This document shows, in pieces, positions 63,444 through 64,000 of a DNA stretch of 64,000 nt (positions are counted from its first letter, which is position 1; every line of letters begins with the position of its first letter). The stretch spans positions 60,512,001 through 60,576,000 of the forward strand of contig NC_042999.1 in assembly GCF_006345805.1 (NCBI RefSeq). Direction: 5' to 3'. The notes under the pieces are model-generated. The model searched no databases and was not told where the DNA came from. It saw nothing but the letters and a program-made list of their open reading frames with translations. This stretch comes from Octopus sinensis (taxonomy: Eukaryota). The position numbers and the translations under genes were made by a program.

Positions 63444-63475
<32 letters not shown>

Positions 63476-64000
63476 ATATATGTGTGTGCGTGTGCATGTG
63501 TGTGCATAAAGATGTGTTTTTACATATCTAGTGTTTTATTACTGTTCATCGGTTCCACTTAACTGTCTCCAGAAAGAAGCTAACATTTCGAAAAGTACAA
63601 TAGTTTATAAGATTTTATGAACCAAAGCTGTGATTATCATCACGAAATATCATTTATTATCACTGCACTATATAACATCATTTATAGACTATTCTGTGTA
63701 TTAATGTTTATTTCTCTTTAATGATTGGTTACATGAAACTCTGAGTAACAGTTGGTGAAGGATTTCAACTTCGATGAAATAATATATTTTACTCTACATT
63801 TAGTATTCGATTAACATGTTCCCCACCCAATTAGTTATGCCAACGCCACCCAATTAATTTTGCATGTATGTGAATAATGTCTTCTAACTCGCACACCACA
63901 ATTCAATCTGCCAGTAAAATATGCAAGATTTTATTTTCAATTTTAAAATGTGATATTGTTTCCTCATTCACTTTCAAAGATGAAGCTTTGTACTCGTATC

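Overview
This is AT-rich eukaryotic intergenic or intronic DNA, dense in microsatellites and transposons. It looks most like an octopus (coleoid cephalopod) genome, inferred from recognising the tRNA-derived SINE families and not verified by search. No host protein-coding gene could be supported, and most ORFs in the track are translations of TA/CA/TAA/GA repeats. The main elements are: (1) a mariner nested inside a maT-like Tc1/mariner relic (0.4-2.6 kb); (2) stacked R4/Dong-type non-LTR retrotransposons (RT, CCHC, restriction-like endonuclease) in (TTA)n arrays (6.6-11.4 kb), with a third fragment at 30.4-31.3 kb; (3) a Penelope-like element (RT + C-terminal GIY-YIG) with ~1-kb inverted arms, one interrupted by a 5'-truncated CR1-type LINE with a 5-bp TSD (33.3-40.9 kb); (4) about 25 SINE copies from at least four head/body/tail combinations, including a tandem tetramer inside one TSD; (5) two inverted non-autonomous Helitron-like elements carrying a coding-like fragment; (6) a second maT-like relic. 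The strongest non-obvious signal is RNA-level. At least seven type-I hammerhead ribozyme motifs from several Penelope-associated repeat types can be folded by eye, including a ~205-bp palindrome encoding one hammerhead on each strand (63.24-63.44 kb). A 550-bp element in a (TACA)n array also begins with a compact three-way junction. All folds and alignments were done by hand; coordinates of degraded elements are approximate.
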